A stretch of 63,444 nucleotides of DNA, filler included, from Octopus bimaculoides (lineage: Eukaryota), in NCBI RefSeq assembly GCF_001194135.2. It is 7 parts of 7 records of this genome, joined end to end, with 100 filler letters (N's around TTAATTAATTAA, not from the genome) between each part and the next. Parts side by side here need not be neighbours in the genome. Positions count along the whole stretch, not along the records: positions 59,260 to 63,444 come from NC_068986.1; 6 more parts are not named here. One strand, given 5' to 3'. The notes beneath the pieces are model-generated. The model did not search any database. It was not told the DNA's origin and saw only the letters and a program-made list of their open reading frames with translations. Position 1 is the stretch's first letter, and each line of letters starts with the position of its first letter. This document shows positions 62,636 to 63,444 of the stretch, piece after piece. The position numbers and the translations under genes are program-made.

Positions 62636-63324
62636 TATGTCTCTAGAAGATTACTTAACATTACTTCGCATAAAACTTCAGAATATTTTGTCACACTGTT
62701 ATGGTTAAACAGCACAATGGTATATAGTAATGTTTATGAATGTTCTGTGAAACAATCATAAGAATATATCGAAGGAGGCCGTCCAAATGAATTACTTATT
62801 TTCTGACATATTCGTTTGTTTTTCAGTTAGTCACCACCGCTCCGAGTTTTGACTGTTTATTTCTACTTTTGATTTTGTTATTATTTCGTCTCTTTTTAGT
62901 ATTCTATACTGTTCTGTTTGTCGGTATTTAAAAAAGATTTTATGAAAGGTAATATTCATTTAATTTGAATCCATTATAATATTACTACGGTGGAGGCACA
63001 GATTTAAAGGATTTAGCCCATCATACTGATCCCAGCACTAATTTCAGTTTGGGTTTGTTTTAAACCTCTGTATTTGTTAAGCCCCTAAATAAAGAATACA
63101 GCACAAACACAAAACTGGTTAAAAACCGTGGCAAACGTAAACACAAACGTATGCAGATACAGAAATGTACACACATGCGACCTTGCCCTCAAATGTGTGT
63201 GTGTGTGTATGTGTGTATACACACATCCATACATAAATACATACTTATACGTATATATGTATATATATGTGTGCGTAAGTATACGCGTGGGCGCGCGCAT
63301 GTGAATGTGCATGTGTGTGTTTAC

Positions 63325-63361
<37 letters not shown>

Positions 63362-63374
63362 CATACACATTTTA

Positions 63375-63407
<33 letters not shown>

Positions 63408-63444
63408 CAAACATACGTTTTATATATATATATATATATATATA

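Overview
A 63.4-kb gappy, AT- and microsatellite-rich animal genomic window with no recognisable intact host protein-coding gene. It is probably from an octopus: this is an inference from the tRNA-derived SINE repertoire and repeat style. Almost all long ORFs in the track are simple-repeat or N-gap artefacts. The interpretable content is decayed mobile DNA. It includes a ~3.1-kb R4/Dong-clade non-LTR retrotransposon (RT, CCHC, RLE) interrupted by a mariner, a second R4/Dong RLE plus RT remnant, and a Merlin/ISXO2-type transposase remnant. There is also a split Penelope-like element (RT + GIY-YIG), two Penelope-type termini carrying minimal hammerhead-ribozyme-like motifs, CR1/L2-like fragments, a mariner with an internal inversion and several MITEs. 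At least three tRNA-derived SINE families are present. About 12 5'-truncated RTE-LINE 3' ends are confined to 43-54.5 kb; their 3' UTR carries a variable array of ~65-bp stem-loop units, and two are nested at the same spot inside one SINE family. A pre-miRNA-like hairpin lies at 54.9 kb. Six N44-TTAATTAATTAA-N44 blocks are assembly linkers. No CRISPR, rRNA or bona fide tRNA genes were found. All family assignments come from manual translation and motif recognition, not database searches.
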